From the NCBI GenBank assembly GCA_036565605.1, contig DATCXV010000009.1, positions 4,977 through 68,976 of the forward strand: 64,000 nt of DNA, written 5' to 3'. Both the position numbers and the translations under genes were made by a program. This stretch comes from Minisyncoccota bacterium (GTDB taxonomy: Bacteria; Patescibacteriota; Minisyncoccia; Phycocordibacterales; UBA6065). Positions 17,735 to 27,265 of this stretch are shown here, in pieces; the first letter of the stretch is position 1; each line of letters begins with the position of its first letter. The notes beneath the pieces are model-generated. The model was not told the origin of the DNA, made no database searches, and was given only the letters and a program-made list of their open reading frames with translations.

Positions 17735-18727
17735 ATGCAAACGTATACGATCATGAGCAGAAATATTCAGCTATACAAAAGTCGCGGTGGCAGTCTTCCC
17801 CTCATGGACGACTTCCTTCTCCATATCCAGGCCAACAACTATTCCAAAGAGACGCTTTATAACTATGAGCGCGACCTCAAGACCTTTGATACCTTTCTTA
17901 CTGTCGAATTGGGTAAAATGCCCTTCTCTCAGGTTACTAAAAGGACGATCGAGCAGTTTAAGGCGTACTTGAACTCGACTGACCGTAGGACTGCCGAAGG
18001 AAAAGCCTCGGAAATGATGCTGAAGAGCGGATCGATCAACCGTACGCTGTCGTCCTTGCGCCGATACTTATCATATCTTGTTGATATGGACCAAAAGGTG
18101 CCGATCGCGCCGAACGCGATTAAGCTCATTAGGATGGAAAAGCCGCATTCGCGCGTGACCGAGCTCAAGGAGCTGGTCGAGCTCATCGAATCGCCGTCGA
18201 AGTTCGAACAAGACAAACACGTCGCCTTGCGCAATCGCGCCATGCTCGAGACATTGTTTGCAAGCGGCATGCGTATTTCAGAGCTACTAAGCTTGAAGCG
18301 CGCTCAGATCGACAAGACTGGCCGTGTTTTCATCCAAGGTAAAGGCAAGAAGCAGCGCTTCATATACCTGACCGAGCGCGCTAAAAGCCATATCGACGCC
18401 TATCTGAAGATTCGCGACGACGATTCGCCGTACCTATTTATCCCGAACCGCGGCAAGAATGCCCAGAAAAAGGACCGCCGCGTCTCCTCTAACTATTTGC
18501 AGATGAAGATCAAGCAGTACCGCGAACTGATCGGCATCAATGTTCCGACCAGCGCCCACTCACTGCGCCACGGCTTCGCTACCTATTTGGCCGAATCCGG
18601 CGCTAATCCGGCCGCTATTCAGATTTTGCTGGGCCACGAATCGCTCGATACCACGACCCGCTACGTCCACGCGTCGGATAAGTATGCCGAGGACACGCAT
18701 AAGAAGTTCCATCCACTTAAGGACTAA
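17735..18727 (+). CDS. tyrosine recombinase, XerC/XerD-like (phage integrase family)
   Basis: N-terminal SAM-like domain (TLYNYERDLKTFDTFL) and C-terminal catalytic residues R...K...HSLRHGFAT...LGHESLDTTTRYVH (R-H-R-Y). Confidence 0.85.
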   Translation: MQTYTIMSRNIQLYKSRGGSLPLMDDFLLHIQANNYSKETLYNYERDLKTFDTFLTVELGKMPFSQVTKRTIEQFKAYLNSTDRRTAEGKASEMMLKSGSINRTLSSLRRYLSYLVDMDQKVPIAPNAIKLIRMEKPHSRVTELKELVELIESPSKFEQDKHVALRNRAMLETLFASGMRISELLSLKRAQIDKTGRVFIQGKGKKQRFIYLTERAKSHIDAYLKIRDDDSPYLFIPNRGKNAQKKDRRVSSNYLQMKIKQYRELIGINVPTSAHSLRHGFATYLAESGANPAAIQILLGHESLDTTTRYVHASDKYAEDTHKKFHPLKD

Positions 18728-18754
18728 AACAAAGGCTTAGGATCCAGAGGCTAC

Positions 18755-19069
18755 CTATTCTCCAATCGGCCTATATGGCTGGTCTCCGATATGTATAAGC
18801 CTCTTCCCTGCATTCTCTATTTCTGTGGGAGCACCAGCGTCGATGCGACCCAAATTGTGGACGAATGCCTGCCAGATAATTCCAATGAAAACATTGCGAT
18901 ACAAGTAGGTCACGGGGCCTTTTACATAATCCCATACCTTCTCTACCCCGCTCCAGGCGTAATTCAAATTCGATTGCGTCGTGGGTGCTTCGATGATCGC
19001 TCTTAGGTCATAGCCGAAGAAGCTCAAAATGATGATCCCAAGCACCGCAAGGATGATGTACTTGATCAT
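18755..19069 (-). CDS. hypothetical small membrane/secreted protein
   Basis: 104 aa with N-terminal TM helix MIKYIILAVLGIIILSFFG. Confidence 0.4.
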   Translation of the reverse strand: MIKYIILAVLGIIILSFFGYDLRAIIEAPTTQSNLNYAWSGVEKVWDYVKGPVTYLYRNVFIGIIWQAFVHNLGRIDAGAPTEIENAGKRLIHIGDQPYRPIGE

Positions 19070-19094
19070 GAATTTAGTATATCACCCAAATCTT

Positions 19095-20387
19095 TTAGAG
19101 AGCCGGCAGATATGCACTGGGGTCGAGGTATGCCGTTGGTGGTGCGGCGACCGTCTTGATGCCAGCACAGTTCGTCGAGCCAAGCGAAGACGAATCAACT
19201 ACACGCACACCTGCGGTCGCATAAACGCCGAAATGGAGATGTGGACCGGTTGCGTATCCTGTCTGACCCGAATAGCCGATGGTATCGCCGGTCACGACCG
19301 TGTCTCCGGGCGAAACAGACACCACGGACAAGTGGCCGTAGATCGTGGAAAGACCGTTAGGATGCTTGATCAGGACAAATTTTCCGTACTGGCAGCCGCT
19401 CTTGGACCTTACCGCTTCGGTATCGACGACGGTGCCCGAGAGCGCAGCTTTAACCGGTGTGCCGATCGATGCGGCTAAGTCGATGCCGCCGTGGGTACCG
19501 GACGTGTACAAACGTTTCGCGGCGACAGTCTTGCCGAAATATTGGGTGACGCGGATAACGGAAAGAGGCCACTCCAAAATGCTGTGTCGTGCGTTTGGAA
19601 TAGCATTGGGATCAAGCGTGATCTTCAATTGGCTTTCGTATGCAAACAATTCTTTTTCGTACTGCTCGCGCTGGGCAACTTTGTCGTCCAGGATGGCTTT
19701 GTAGTTCGCTTCCCTATTCTTTGTTTCCGTCAAAAGTTTGTCCTTTTCAGTTTTAGTTGAGGCAACAACTTTTTGTTGGTCTGCAAGGCTCTTGCGATAA
19801 GCTTCAAGTTTGGTTTTCTCCCCTGTCGCCTGGTCGCGGCGCGCGCCCAAAAGCATGCGCAGGTCACGCAATTCTTCAAGATCTACTTTGACGCGGCCTT
19901 GGACCGAGCGAAGGGAGTTCACATAATCGAGCGCGCTGGAAATACCTTCATCCGACAGTAGGGTTTCTGCGAATGATTGCGATTCGGCTGCGCTAACATT
20001 GCGCATGGACTCGGCGATGGCGGCCTCGCGCACAGAAATTTTTGCTTCCGCGTCATCGATATCATCTTCAAGCTGTCCCAAGGTGAGCGATGTTTTGTCG
20101 ATCTGGGTTGCCGTCAAAGAAAGGTTCGCCTGCAATTTTTTTTGCGTCGTTTCAAGCTGTGACAAGGCAGACTTGAGCGACTGGGCCTGTGCCGACGTCG
20201 AGTTAAGAAGCGTTGAGTACTGATCGATCTGCCTTTGCAGATCGTCGATCTTGCGGTTGTTTTCTTCGATCTTGGCGCGGATCGCTTCTGGGGACTCAGC
20301 GGCGAAAGCAGAGTGAGTCAAAAAAACTGCCGCAAGGGCGGCAAACACAGACAAAATCCCAAAGATGATGTTACTTGATTTCGTCAT
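19095..20387 (-). CDS. M23 family metallopeptidase with N-terminal coiled-coil (EnvC-like)
   Basis: Signal peptide, long Q/E/K-rich coiled coil, and a C-terminal HGGIDLAAS...GYSGQTGYATGPHLHFGVY M23/LytM domain. Confidence 0.85.
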   Translation of the reverse strand: MTKSSNIIFGILSVFAALAAVFLTHSAFAAESPEAIRAKIEENNRKIDDLQRQIDQYSTLLNSTSAQAQSLKSALSQLETTQKKLQANLSLTATQIDKTSLTLGQLEDDIDDAEAKISVREAAIAESMRNVSAAESQSFAETLLSDEGISSALDYVNSLRSVQGRVKVDLEELRDLRMLLGARRDQATGEKTKLEAYRKSLADQQKVVASTKTEKDKLLTETKNREANYKAILDDKVAQREQYEKELFAYESQLKITLDPNAIPNARHSILEWPLSVIRVTQYFGKTVAAKRLYTSGTHGGIDLAASIGTPVKAALSGTVVDTEAVRSKSGCQYGKFVLIKHPNGLSTIYGHLSVVSVSPGDTVVTGDTIGYSGQTGYATGPHLHFGVYATAGVRVVDSSSLGSTNCAGIKTVAAPPTAYLDPSAYLPAL

Positions 20388-21786
20388 GCGCGCATTTATC
20401 CAGGGCCGTTTCGATACGTTTGATCGTTGTTTCTTTGCCTAAAATCGCAGCCAAGGTGAACGGATTAGGCGATCGATCTTTACCCGACAGAGCATAGCGT
20501 AAAGGCCACAAAACGGCTCCCCTGCCCTCTTTTTCTGCATAAGGCCAAATGACCGCCTTCACGCTTGCCTCATCCCAGGTGGCCGATTTGAAGCTCTGAA
20601 GCATATGCCTGACGTTGGCTAGATGCTTCTGTGCACCGGACAGGTCTGTTTCGTCTTTCCACTTAAGTGACAAAGCATCGTATTGCGGATCCGCGAAATA
20701 ATAATCGAGGTCGCGCTCTTCGATCATGGTGTCGATGTCGTTCAAGGTATCGATGCGCTCTAAGACAACGGGTGCGATGTTTGTAAGCAGCATGTGGTCT
20801 ATCTTCCATCCCAAATCCCGTGCCCGAGCAGACCGCAGAATGCGCTCTTCAAGTATGGTTGCAAATTTGTCTTTCGAGAGACGCTTCAGATGTTCTTTGT
20901 TTATCCAGCGCAATTTTTTCTCGTCAAAGACTGCGCCGCCCTTTTGAACCTTGGAAAGATCGAAGGCTTTGACCAACCCTTGGCGATCGAAAATTTCCTG
21001 GTCAGTGCCCGGGTTCCATCCGATGAGTGCCATGTAATTCAAAAGTGCTGACGGAAGAAATCCTTGGTCACGATAAAACGTCATCGGCTGGGCGCCGTGG
21101 CGTTTGGAAAGCTTTGATCGATCCAGGGCAAGTACCAAGGGCAGATGTGCATAGACAGGTGTCGGTGCGCCTAATGCTTCTTGGATGAGTATTTGTCTCG
21201 GTGTATTTGAAATGTGGTCTTCGCCTCGGATAACGTGCGTTACGCCCATAAGGAAGTCATCGAGCACGACCACAAAGTGGAAGATCGGTTCGGTCGGACT
21301 TTTGGCGATAACGAAGTCTCCCAGTTCAGTGGTGTCGAACTCTACGTCACCACGGATCAAATCATGGAAACGGACGCGCTTGTTGGGGTTGCGGAAACGA
21401 ACCACTTCGGCTCGCTGCCCTTCTTCGGTTACTTCTTCTTTCGAGATGTATGCCTTGTCTGCGGCGATCAGCTTATGGATCCATTCTTCATACAGATCAG
21501 TGCGTTCAGACTGGCGGTAAAACTCGTCGTGTGGTAATTCGAGCCACTTCAGACTTTCAACGATGTTGTTCTCGAATTCCTTTTTCGAGCGCGCTTTATC
21601 TGTGTCTTCGATGCGCAGGATGAAGGTGCCTTTGTGCTGTTTGGCGTACAGATATGAAAAGACTGCCGTACGATAGCTGCCGGCGTGCAAAAGACCGGTC
21701 GGAGACGGTGCAAATCGCGTCACAACCTTCGGCTTGCGGGAAAACAGGCCCTTGATTCGGCGCAGCATAATGCGGCCATTATACAC
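20371..21786 (-). CDS. gltX: glutamyl-tRNA synthetase
   Basis: RFAPSPTGLLHAGSYRTA (HIGH-class), ILRIEDTD, KLSKRHG (KMSKS). Confidence 0.9.
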   Translation of the reverse strand: MYNGRIMLRRIKGLFSRKPKVVTRFAPSPTGLLHAGSYRTAVFSYLYAKQHKGTFILRIEDTDKARSKKEFENNIVESLKWLELPHDEFYRQSERTDLYEEWIHKLIAADKAYISKEEVTEEGQRAEVVRFRNPNKRVRFHDLIRGDVEFDTTELGDFVIAKSPTEPIFHFVVVLDDFLMGVTHVIRGEDHISNTPRQILIQEALGAPTPVYAHLPLVLALDRSKLSKRHGAQPMTFYRDQGFLPSALLNYMALIGWNPGTDQEIFDRQGLVKAFDLSKVQKGGAVFDEKKLRWINKEHLKRLSKDKFATILEERILRSARARDLGWKIDHMLLTNIAPVVLERIDTLNDIDTMIEERDLDYYFADPQYDALSLKWKDETDLSGAQKHLANVRHMLQSFKSATWDEASVKAVIWPYAEKEGRGAVLWPLRYALSGKDRSPNPFTLAAILGKETTIKRIETALDKCAHDEIK

Positions 21787-21812
21787 GACTTCCGATGTTT
21801 TCGCAGGCCACT

Positions 21813-22940
21813 CTACTTTACGTGCGAAAGCGCAATATTCACGATTTCTCTAGCGATTTTATCTGCTGCGTCTTTATGAGCAAAGGCTCCGGCGGCTTCC
21901 TTCATCTTTTGCGCAATGGCAGGGTTTGTGACTAGGCGATCGATTTCAGCTGACAATACGTGCGGCGAAAGGTTCGACTCTTCAATGACCGAACACGCTC
22001 CGGCCGCGGCGTATGCGAAAGCGTTCGAAGTTTGGTCATGGCTTATCGATTCTGGAATAGGAATGATGATGGACGGTCTCTTCCACAAAGCGATCTCGAA
22101 GATTTGGGAACCAGCGCGTGAAATGATTACCGAGGCAGCTCCAGCAGCCATGCGCAACGTTAACGTATTCAGATACGCATGAGGCTTGTAACGATTCTGG
22201 TTCGGATTCTCGCGCAGAATGACGGCGGCGGTGTTTGTCATCTCGTCGATATTTTCTTTGCCTGTCTGATGGATCACGGAATATTTCGAAACCAGATCCG
22301 GCAGAATGTCGATCATTGCATCGTTGATGCGTTTTGAACCTTGTGAACCACCCAGAATAAGAATGACCGGCACATCGTTTTCGAGCTTCAGATATTCGCG
22401 TGCCCCTTCGGTTAAAGGCTCCATTACTTCTCTGCGTACCGGATTGCCAGTTTCGGCTACTTTACCTTTTGGAAAATACTGGGCTGCCTGCGGATATGAT
22501 ACAGCGATTCTTTGTGCAAACTTCCCTGCCCACAAATTAACGCGACCCGGGTGCGAGTCGGACTCATGGATCACCACTGGAATGTGCAAAAGACGCGCGG
22601 CAAACAAAACCGGAAACGAAACATAGCCGCCTTTGCCAAAAACCACATCAGGATAAATGCGCCAGACGGTTATAACCGCCTGTATGATGCCCGCTGCTGT
22701 TTTGAACAGGTCTACAAGATTTAGAAACGAAAAATAGCGACGTACTTTACCCGCATAACTTTTCTCGAAGGTAATACCGCGTTCATACAAGGCGCGTTCG
22801 TCATACGGGGATGGAGCGAGGTAAAAAAGCCGCGCATCAAGGAGCTTTTCCTGTTTAACGATATCATTGATCGATTCCGCGACAGCAAGCAAGGGATAGA
22901 AATGACCGCCCGTGCCGCCTCCGGTGAGGATGATTTTCAT
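21813..22940 (-). CDS. murG: UDP-GlcNAc--undecaprenyl-PP-MurNAc-pentapeptide GlcNAc transferase MurG
   Basis: MKIILTGGGTGGHFYPLLAV, G-loop, GT28 family. Confidence 0.9.
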   Translation of the reverse strand: MKIILTGGGTGGHFYPLLAVAESINDIVKQEKLLDARLFYLAPSPYDERALYERGITFEKSYAGKVRRYFSFLNLVDLFKTAAGIIQAVITVWRIYPDVVFGKGGYVSFPVLFAARLLHIPVVIHESDSHPGRVNLWAGKFAQRIAVSYPQAAQYFPKGKVAETGNPVRREVMEPLTEGAREYLKLENDVPVILILGGSQGSKRINDAMIDILPDLVSKYSVIHQTGKENIDEMTNTAAVILRENPNQNRYKPHAYLNTLTLRMAAGAASVIISRAGSQIFEIALWKRPSIIIPIPESISHDQTSNAFAYAAAGACSVIEESNLSPHVLSAEIDRLVTNPAIAQKMKEAAGAFAHKDAADKIAREIVNIALSHVK

Positions 22941-22966
22941 GCGGCAATTCTAGCACACGAAATCTC

Positions 22967-24121
22967 CTATCTTTTTGCCGTCCTCGAAATATTCAAAAGC
23001 ATGCCGCATTCTGCTAGGACGAAGAAAAGCGCCGTGCCTCCTTGCGACACGAACAATAATGGGATGCCAGAAAGCGGCAGGACACCTGCCATGGCCCCGA
23101 TGTTCACGAATGATTGTGCAATTACGAACGTGGCGATACCGGTCGCAAGAAGCGATCCAAAGGGGTCGCTTGCTCGTGCGGCGATGCGGAATGTACGCAG
23201 AGCAAAAAAGACGTACAGACCGATCAGGGTAATGGATCCGATGAGACCGAATTCTTCAGCAGCAACAGCGAAGATCGAGTCGCCCACTGGCTCGGGCAGG
23301 TATGCAAATTTTTGGATGGACTGACCGAAGCCGCGGCCGGTTATTTGTCCCGATCCGATGGCGATAAGTGATTGTTCTATCTGATATCCAGATGTCTGGC
23401 TTTTTTCGGCCGGGTGAATGAACGTTTCAATACGTGCGCGCACGTATGGTCTCCATACAGCAAGTGCCGCCAAAGCGACAAGTCCGATCGCCCCTACGGC
23501 AAAGATGTGTTTCCACTTCCCTCCTGCCACCAGATACATGGCGACGATCGAACATGAAATGACAGCCAATGTGTCTGTGTCAGGCTGAAGCAAACATAGA
23601 ATGCCAACCACAACAAGCATTACGCACAAAGGCACCAGTCCTCGTCGCCAGTCTTTGATGCGCTCGCCCACGAGTGAAAGCCAGGCTGCAAAGCAGATGA
23701 CTGCCGTAATCTTTAACGCCTCGGATACTTGAAATGAGAACGATCCAACCAAAAGCCATCGCGTCGCGCCGCCATGTGAAAGTCCAAGTCCGGGAATGAA
23801 AATGATCAGGTTTAAAACGATGGCAGCCAGAAATGCCCAGAAGGACCAGGTGCGCAGGCGCAGATAGTCCAGGCGCGAGAATGCCCACAGCGCTACAAGT
23901 CCAGGCAAAAGGCCAATGGTCACCTGCTTCCAGGCGATGGAACTCATGTGTGCCTGATCTCGGGCTAACAGTCCAAGCGATGCAGAAAGAAAAATAAGAA
24001 ATCCTGCTGTGACCAAGGCAAGGATCGATACAAGGAGCGGAGTATCAACGCGGCGAATGCGCATATGAAAAAGTATATCACGCAGAAAACAAAAACCGCT
24101 CGGAATAATTCCAAGCGGCAT
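22967..24121 (-). CDS. ftsW: SEDS family peptidoglycan polymerase (FtsW/RodA)
   Basis: About 10 TM helices with the conserved SEDS region FAYLPEPVGDSIFAVAAEEFGLIGS. The true start may be the internal ATG near 24064. Confidence 0.85.
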   Translation of the reverse strand: MPLGIIPSGFCFLRDILFHMRIRRVDTPLLVSILALVTAGFLIFLSASLGLLARDQAHMSSIAWKQVTIGLLPGLVALWAFSRLDYLRLRTWSFWAFLAAIVLNLIIFIPGLGLSHGGATRWLLVGSFSFQVSEALKITAVICFAAWLSLVGERIKDWRRGLVPLCVMLVVVGILCLLQPDTDTLAVISCSIVAMYLVAGGKWKHIFAVGAIGLVALAALAVWRPYVRARIETFIHPAEKSQTSGYQIEQSLIAIGSGQITGRGFGQSIQKFAYLPEPVGDSIFAVAAEEFGLIGSITLIGLYVFFALRTFRIAARASDPFGSLLATGIATFVIAQSFVNIGAMAGVLPLSGIPLLFVSQGGTALFFVLAECGMLLNISRTAKR

Positions 24122-24400
24122 TGTTTTGGGCTGTTCGTGTTAGACACGTAAGCCGGGAGAAACCCTTTTGGATTGATCCAAAGGTGAAACCTAGTTGTTT
24201 TCGTTCAGTATTCGCAACAGAGACCGTTCGTCGTCGTTAGCATCAGATCCTGGAGGGACCGCGGCATCAGGTGCAAACCATATGTTTGTACCTGGTTGGG
24301 ATGTGATGGACGTTCGCGCCGTCGCTTTGTTGCGTTCAAAGAACTTACCAACCTTATAAGCTAGTATAGCAGATCCTATGAATTTGTCAAGCGATCTGCT

Positions 24401-25351
24401 CTATTGAGCCACAGACTGCGACGTTGTGGCCAGGTAATTGATAGTTGCCTTTACCAAAGCACTCATATCCGTAAATCGTCCATCATAAGACGAGCCAAGT
24501 ACCGTGACGATAATAGGGTGTCCAAGCCCCGCATCGAACGCAACGGTCAGGTTTCCTCCGGACAGATCTGTGTAACCAGTTTTCGAGGCGATTGCTCCAG
24601 GAATATCAGGCAGCGCCTTGTTCGTGTTCCCTGCCGGGTGTGCCGCGATCTTTGAATCGATCACGGTCGCATTCAGTGCAGTTGCTTCGACAATGTGAGG
24701 ATCTTTGTCGAGGATTTTTTTCAAAAGTTTTGTTACGTCGCGCGCTGAACCATATCCTCCGGCCTGGGTTGTGGTTATATCGAGACCAGAATAGTTATAG
24801 AAATGCATACTTGAAAGTCCAAGCTTCGTTGCTTGTATATTCATGTGTTCGATAAATTCAGAAGTTGGTGTCGATTCGATTGGAGTCGATGTTGCGGCGG
24901 CGATAAGTTGTGCGCCTGCAACCGAAGCGATGGCGCGCGCTCCGTCGTTAGAAGAAACGATCAGACTGAAATCTATCAGAGAACCCAAATCCCATTCCTC
25001 GTCGGTGTAAAGCCCTGTGTCCCCTTCCTCGCGCACGTCATCGGCGGTAACCCGGACCAACAGATAACGTGGCACGATTCCGTACGCCGTATAAGCAGTC
25101 ATTAATTTTGTAAGCGAAGCAAGCGGCAGCGATTCGTCTGCATTATGTTCAAAAATGGTTCGCCCGGTCTGTGCGTCATACACAATAGCGGCCTTCGCTT
25201 CAATCGCCGGTGCGATAAACAGCGGTGTTGAAGTCGAAGTGATCTCTTCTGTAATCTTATGCTCTCGACCTGGATAGGACCACCACAAAAACAGCCCCAG
25301 TAGGAGCGTCACTGCTATTGTTTCAAGCCATGCGCGAGTTCGTGGATCCAT
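24401..25351 (-). CDS. D-alanyl-D-alanine carboxypeptidase (S11, PBP5-like)
   Basis: SLTKLMT (SxxK), SSNDGA (SxN), KTGYT (KTG); N-terminal signal anchor. Confidence 0.8.
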   Translation of the reverse strand: MDPRTRAWLETIAVTLLLGLFLWWSYPGREHKITEEITSTSTPLFIAPAIEAKAAIVYDAQTGRTIFEHNADESLPLASLTKLMTAYTAYGIVPRYLLVRVTADDVREEGDTGLYTDEEWDLGSLIDFSLIVSSNDGARAIASVAGAQLIAAATSTPIESTPTSEFIEHMNIQATKLGLSSMHFYNYSGLDITTTQAGGYGSARDVTKLLKKILDKDPHIVEATALNATVIDSKIAAHPAGNTNKALPDIPGAIASKTGYTDLSGGNLTVAFDAGLGHPIIVTVLGSSYDGRFTDMSALVKATINYLATTSQSVAQ

Positions 25352-25357
25352 ATTTGG

Positions 25358-25939
25358 TTATGCAGTCGTCTGTTCAGCGGTGAATGCCTCGAGCTCTGCT
25401 TTCACTTGTGTAAACTCGGGCAAATCTTCAATGCGCGAGACACCTACGTGTGACAAAAGTTCGACCGTCGGTTTGTACGAAAAGCCTCGGCCTTCTTTTT
25501 CGGTCGTGCGTTCAATTAATCCGCGGACAAGCAGATTACGAATGATGAACGACGAATTGACGCCGCGAATATAATCAATATCAGAGCGGCGGACCGGTCC
25601 TTTGTACAAAATTATGGTAAGCGTTTCCAGTCCAGCTTTGCCTAAATCTCGGTACAGTTCTTCTTTGGTCAGCTTTTCTATAAGAGCGCTTGCTTCTGGA
25701 GCGGTACGGAGCTCGATTTCATCGCTGGCGCGTACAATGCGCAGGCCACGGATTGAAAGCTTTTGTTCCAGGCTGGTCAGTGCCGTTTCCAGTTCTTCGG
25801 CCGTGCATTCCAAAGCAGCCGCGACTTTCGCCTTCTTCCAAGGCTCGCCTTTCCAAAATAGAACGGCTTCAAGCTGTGATTCTAGGTCCATGGCCATATT
25901 GTTCCAGTATAAATCCAAATAAAAAATATTGCGACACAA
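25358..25939 (-). CDS. scpB: segregation and condensation protein B
   Basis: LEAVLFWKGEP...IRGLRIV...YIRGVNSS...IRNLLVRGLIER winged-helix repeats. Confidence 0.85.
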   Translation of the reverse strand: MCRNIFYLDLYWNNMAMDLESQLEAVLFWKGEPWKKAKVAAALECTAEELETALTSLEQKLSIRGLRIVRASDEIELRTAPEASALIEKLTKEELYRDLGKAGLETLTIILYKGPVRRSDIDYIRGVNSSFIIRNLLVRGLIERTTEKEGRGFSYKPTVELLSHVGVSRIEDLPEFTQVKAELEAFTAEQTTA

Positions 25940-26182
25940 ATAAAAAGATTCTGGCGAAAGTAAAGGTATGTACCTTCGTACTATCTATGCGGGTTAACAC
26001 AGGAAATCAAGTTATGTCCGCGCAATCACAACCGAATAGCGAGATAAAGCGACAGTAATACCTGCCGCCTTCAATCAAGATGCCGCTCATAACGGCACCG
26101 TTGTGGAGGGTAAATCCAATCACATCTTCCCAACGTTTTCACAGCACTTCAAAAAGCCGCCGATCGACCGGCGGCTTTCGGT

Positions 26183-26977
26183 TTAATATCGCGGCACGCC
26201 TACCTGCTCTGTTTCCATATGGATATCGTCGAAATGTCGTTCTTGCGAGACATTAATGATGCCCTGCTTTACTAATTCAAGCATAGCCAAAAACGAAACG
26301 ATCACATTTACCTTTTCGGTCGGATTTCCCTTTTGACCGCCAGAAAATTCGCGGAAAGACATCTTTAGGCTTTCGGATACGCGTTTGGTCAGGCTTTCGA
26401 TCATTTGTTCCAGGCTTATGACTTTGTCCACGACCACTTTCGGCAAAAATTCGCGCTTGGGCAGATTTTGCAGAACGCGTTTGGCAGCATCAAGCAAGTT
26501 AGCCAAGGTCATATCGGCATCCGGCGCAAAGACCGGGTCCAAGCGGCGCTCGCCGCGAGAAAACAAAACCTGTGCGCCGAACAAAGGCTTTATCTTCTGC
26601 GACAAGGTGCGCATGCGCTCGTAGACTTTCAGGCGGCGTTCCAGGTCTTCGATGGACGCTTGTTCCTCGGTCGTCAAATTCAGGGTTGGTAGAAGCGATT
26701 TTGATTTGATCAACAGGAGCGTTGAAGCAACTAATACGAATTGGGCGCTGTCGGCGACCGGAAATTCGCCAAGAGTCTTTACATATTCAATATAATCATC
26801 AGCGACCTTTGCTAAAGACACATCGTTTACGAACAGTTTTCGCTTCTCGATGAGGTCAAGAAGAAGCTCAAGCGGGCCTTCAAAATGTTCCTGTTTGACG
26901 GTGAATGACATGGCTTCAATTGAGGCTATTGTAGCATGTTGGTCACCTACTTTGATTAAAAGATAACCGCTCTCCAA
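26183..26977 (-). CDS. scpA: segregation and condensation protein A
   Basis: FEGPLELLLDLIEKRKLFVNDVSLAKVADDY, kleisin N-terminal motif. Confidence 0.85.
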   Translation of the reverse strand: MESGYLLIKVGDQHATIASIEAMSFTVKQEHFEGPLELLLDLIEKRKLFVNDVSLAKVADDYIEYVKTLGEFPVADSAQFVLVASTLLLIKSKSLLPTLNLTTEEQASIEDLERRLKVYERMRTLSQKIKPLFGAQVLFSRGERRLDPVFAPDADMTLANLLDAAKRVLQNLPKREFLPKVVVDKVISLEQMIESLTKRVSESLKMSFREFSGGQKGNPTEKVNVIVSFLAMLELVKQGIINVSQERHFDDIHMETEQVGVPRY

Positions 26978-27265
26978 AAAAATGGGAGCGGTCTGGTGGA
27001 ATGAAATAAAGAACTGAATGGATCCTCTCGCGTTGGCCTTATGCCAAAGTGACTTATGGATTGCGCGGGTTTGAAGGCAATAGACGCCATGTGGAGATCG
27101 ATGACTGCTGTCATGGAAACTCCGCTCGGAACTTTCTTGCGAAAGAGCTGTGGAGGGAGAGAAACTATCTCGATCCTTCCACTAATAGTACGTTTGAGAA
27201 GCGGCAAAAATTTCAAAGAAAACCGGCACCTTGTGGAGCCGGTTTTCTGCTGAACTATCAATATC

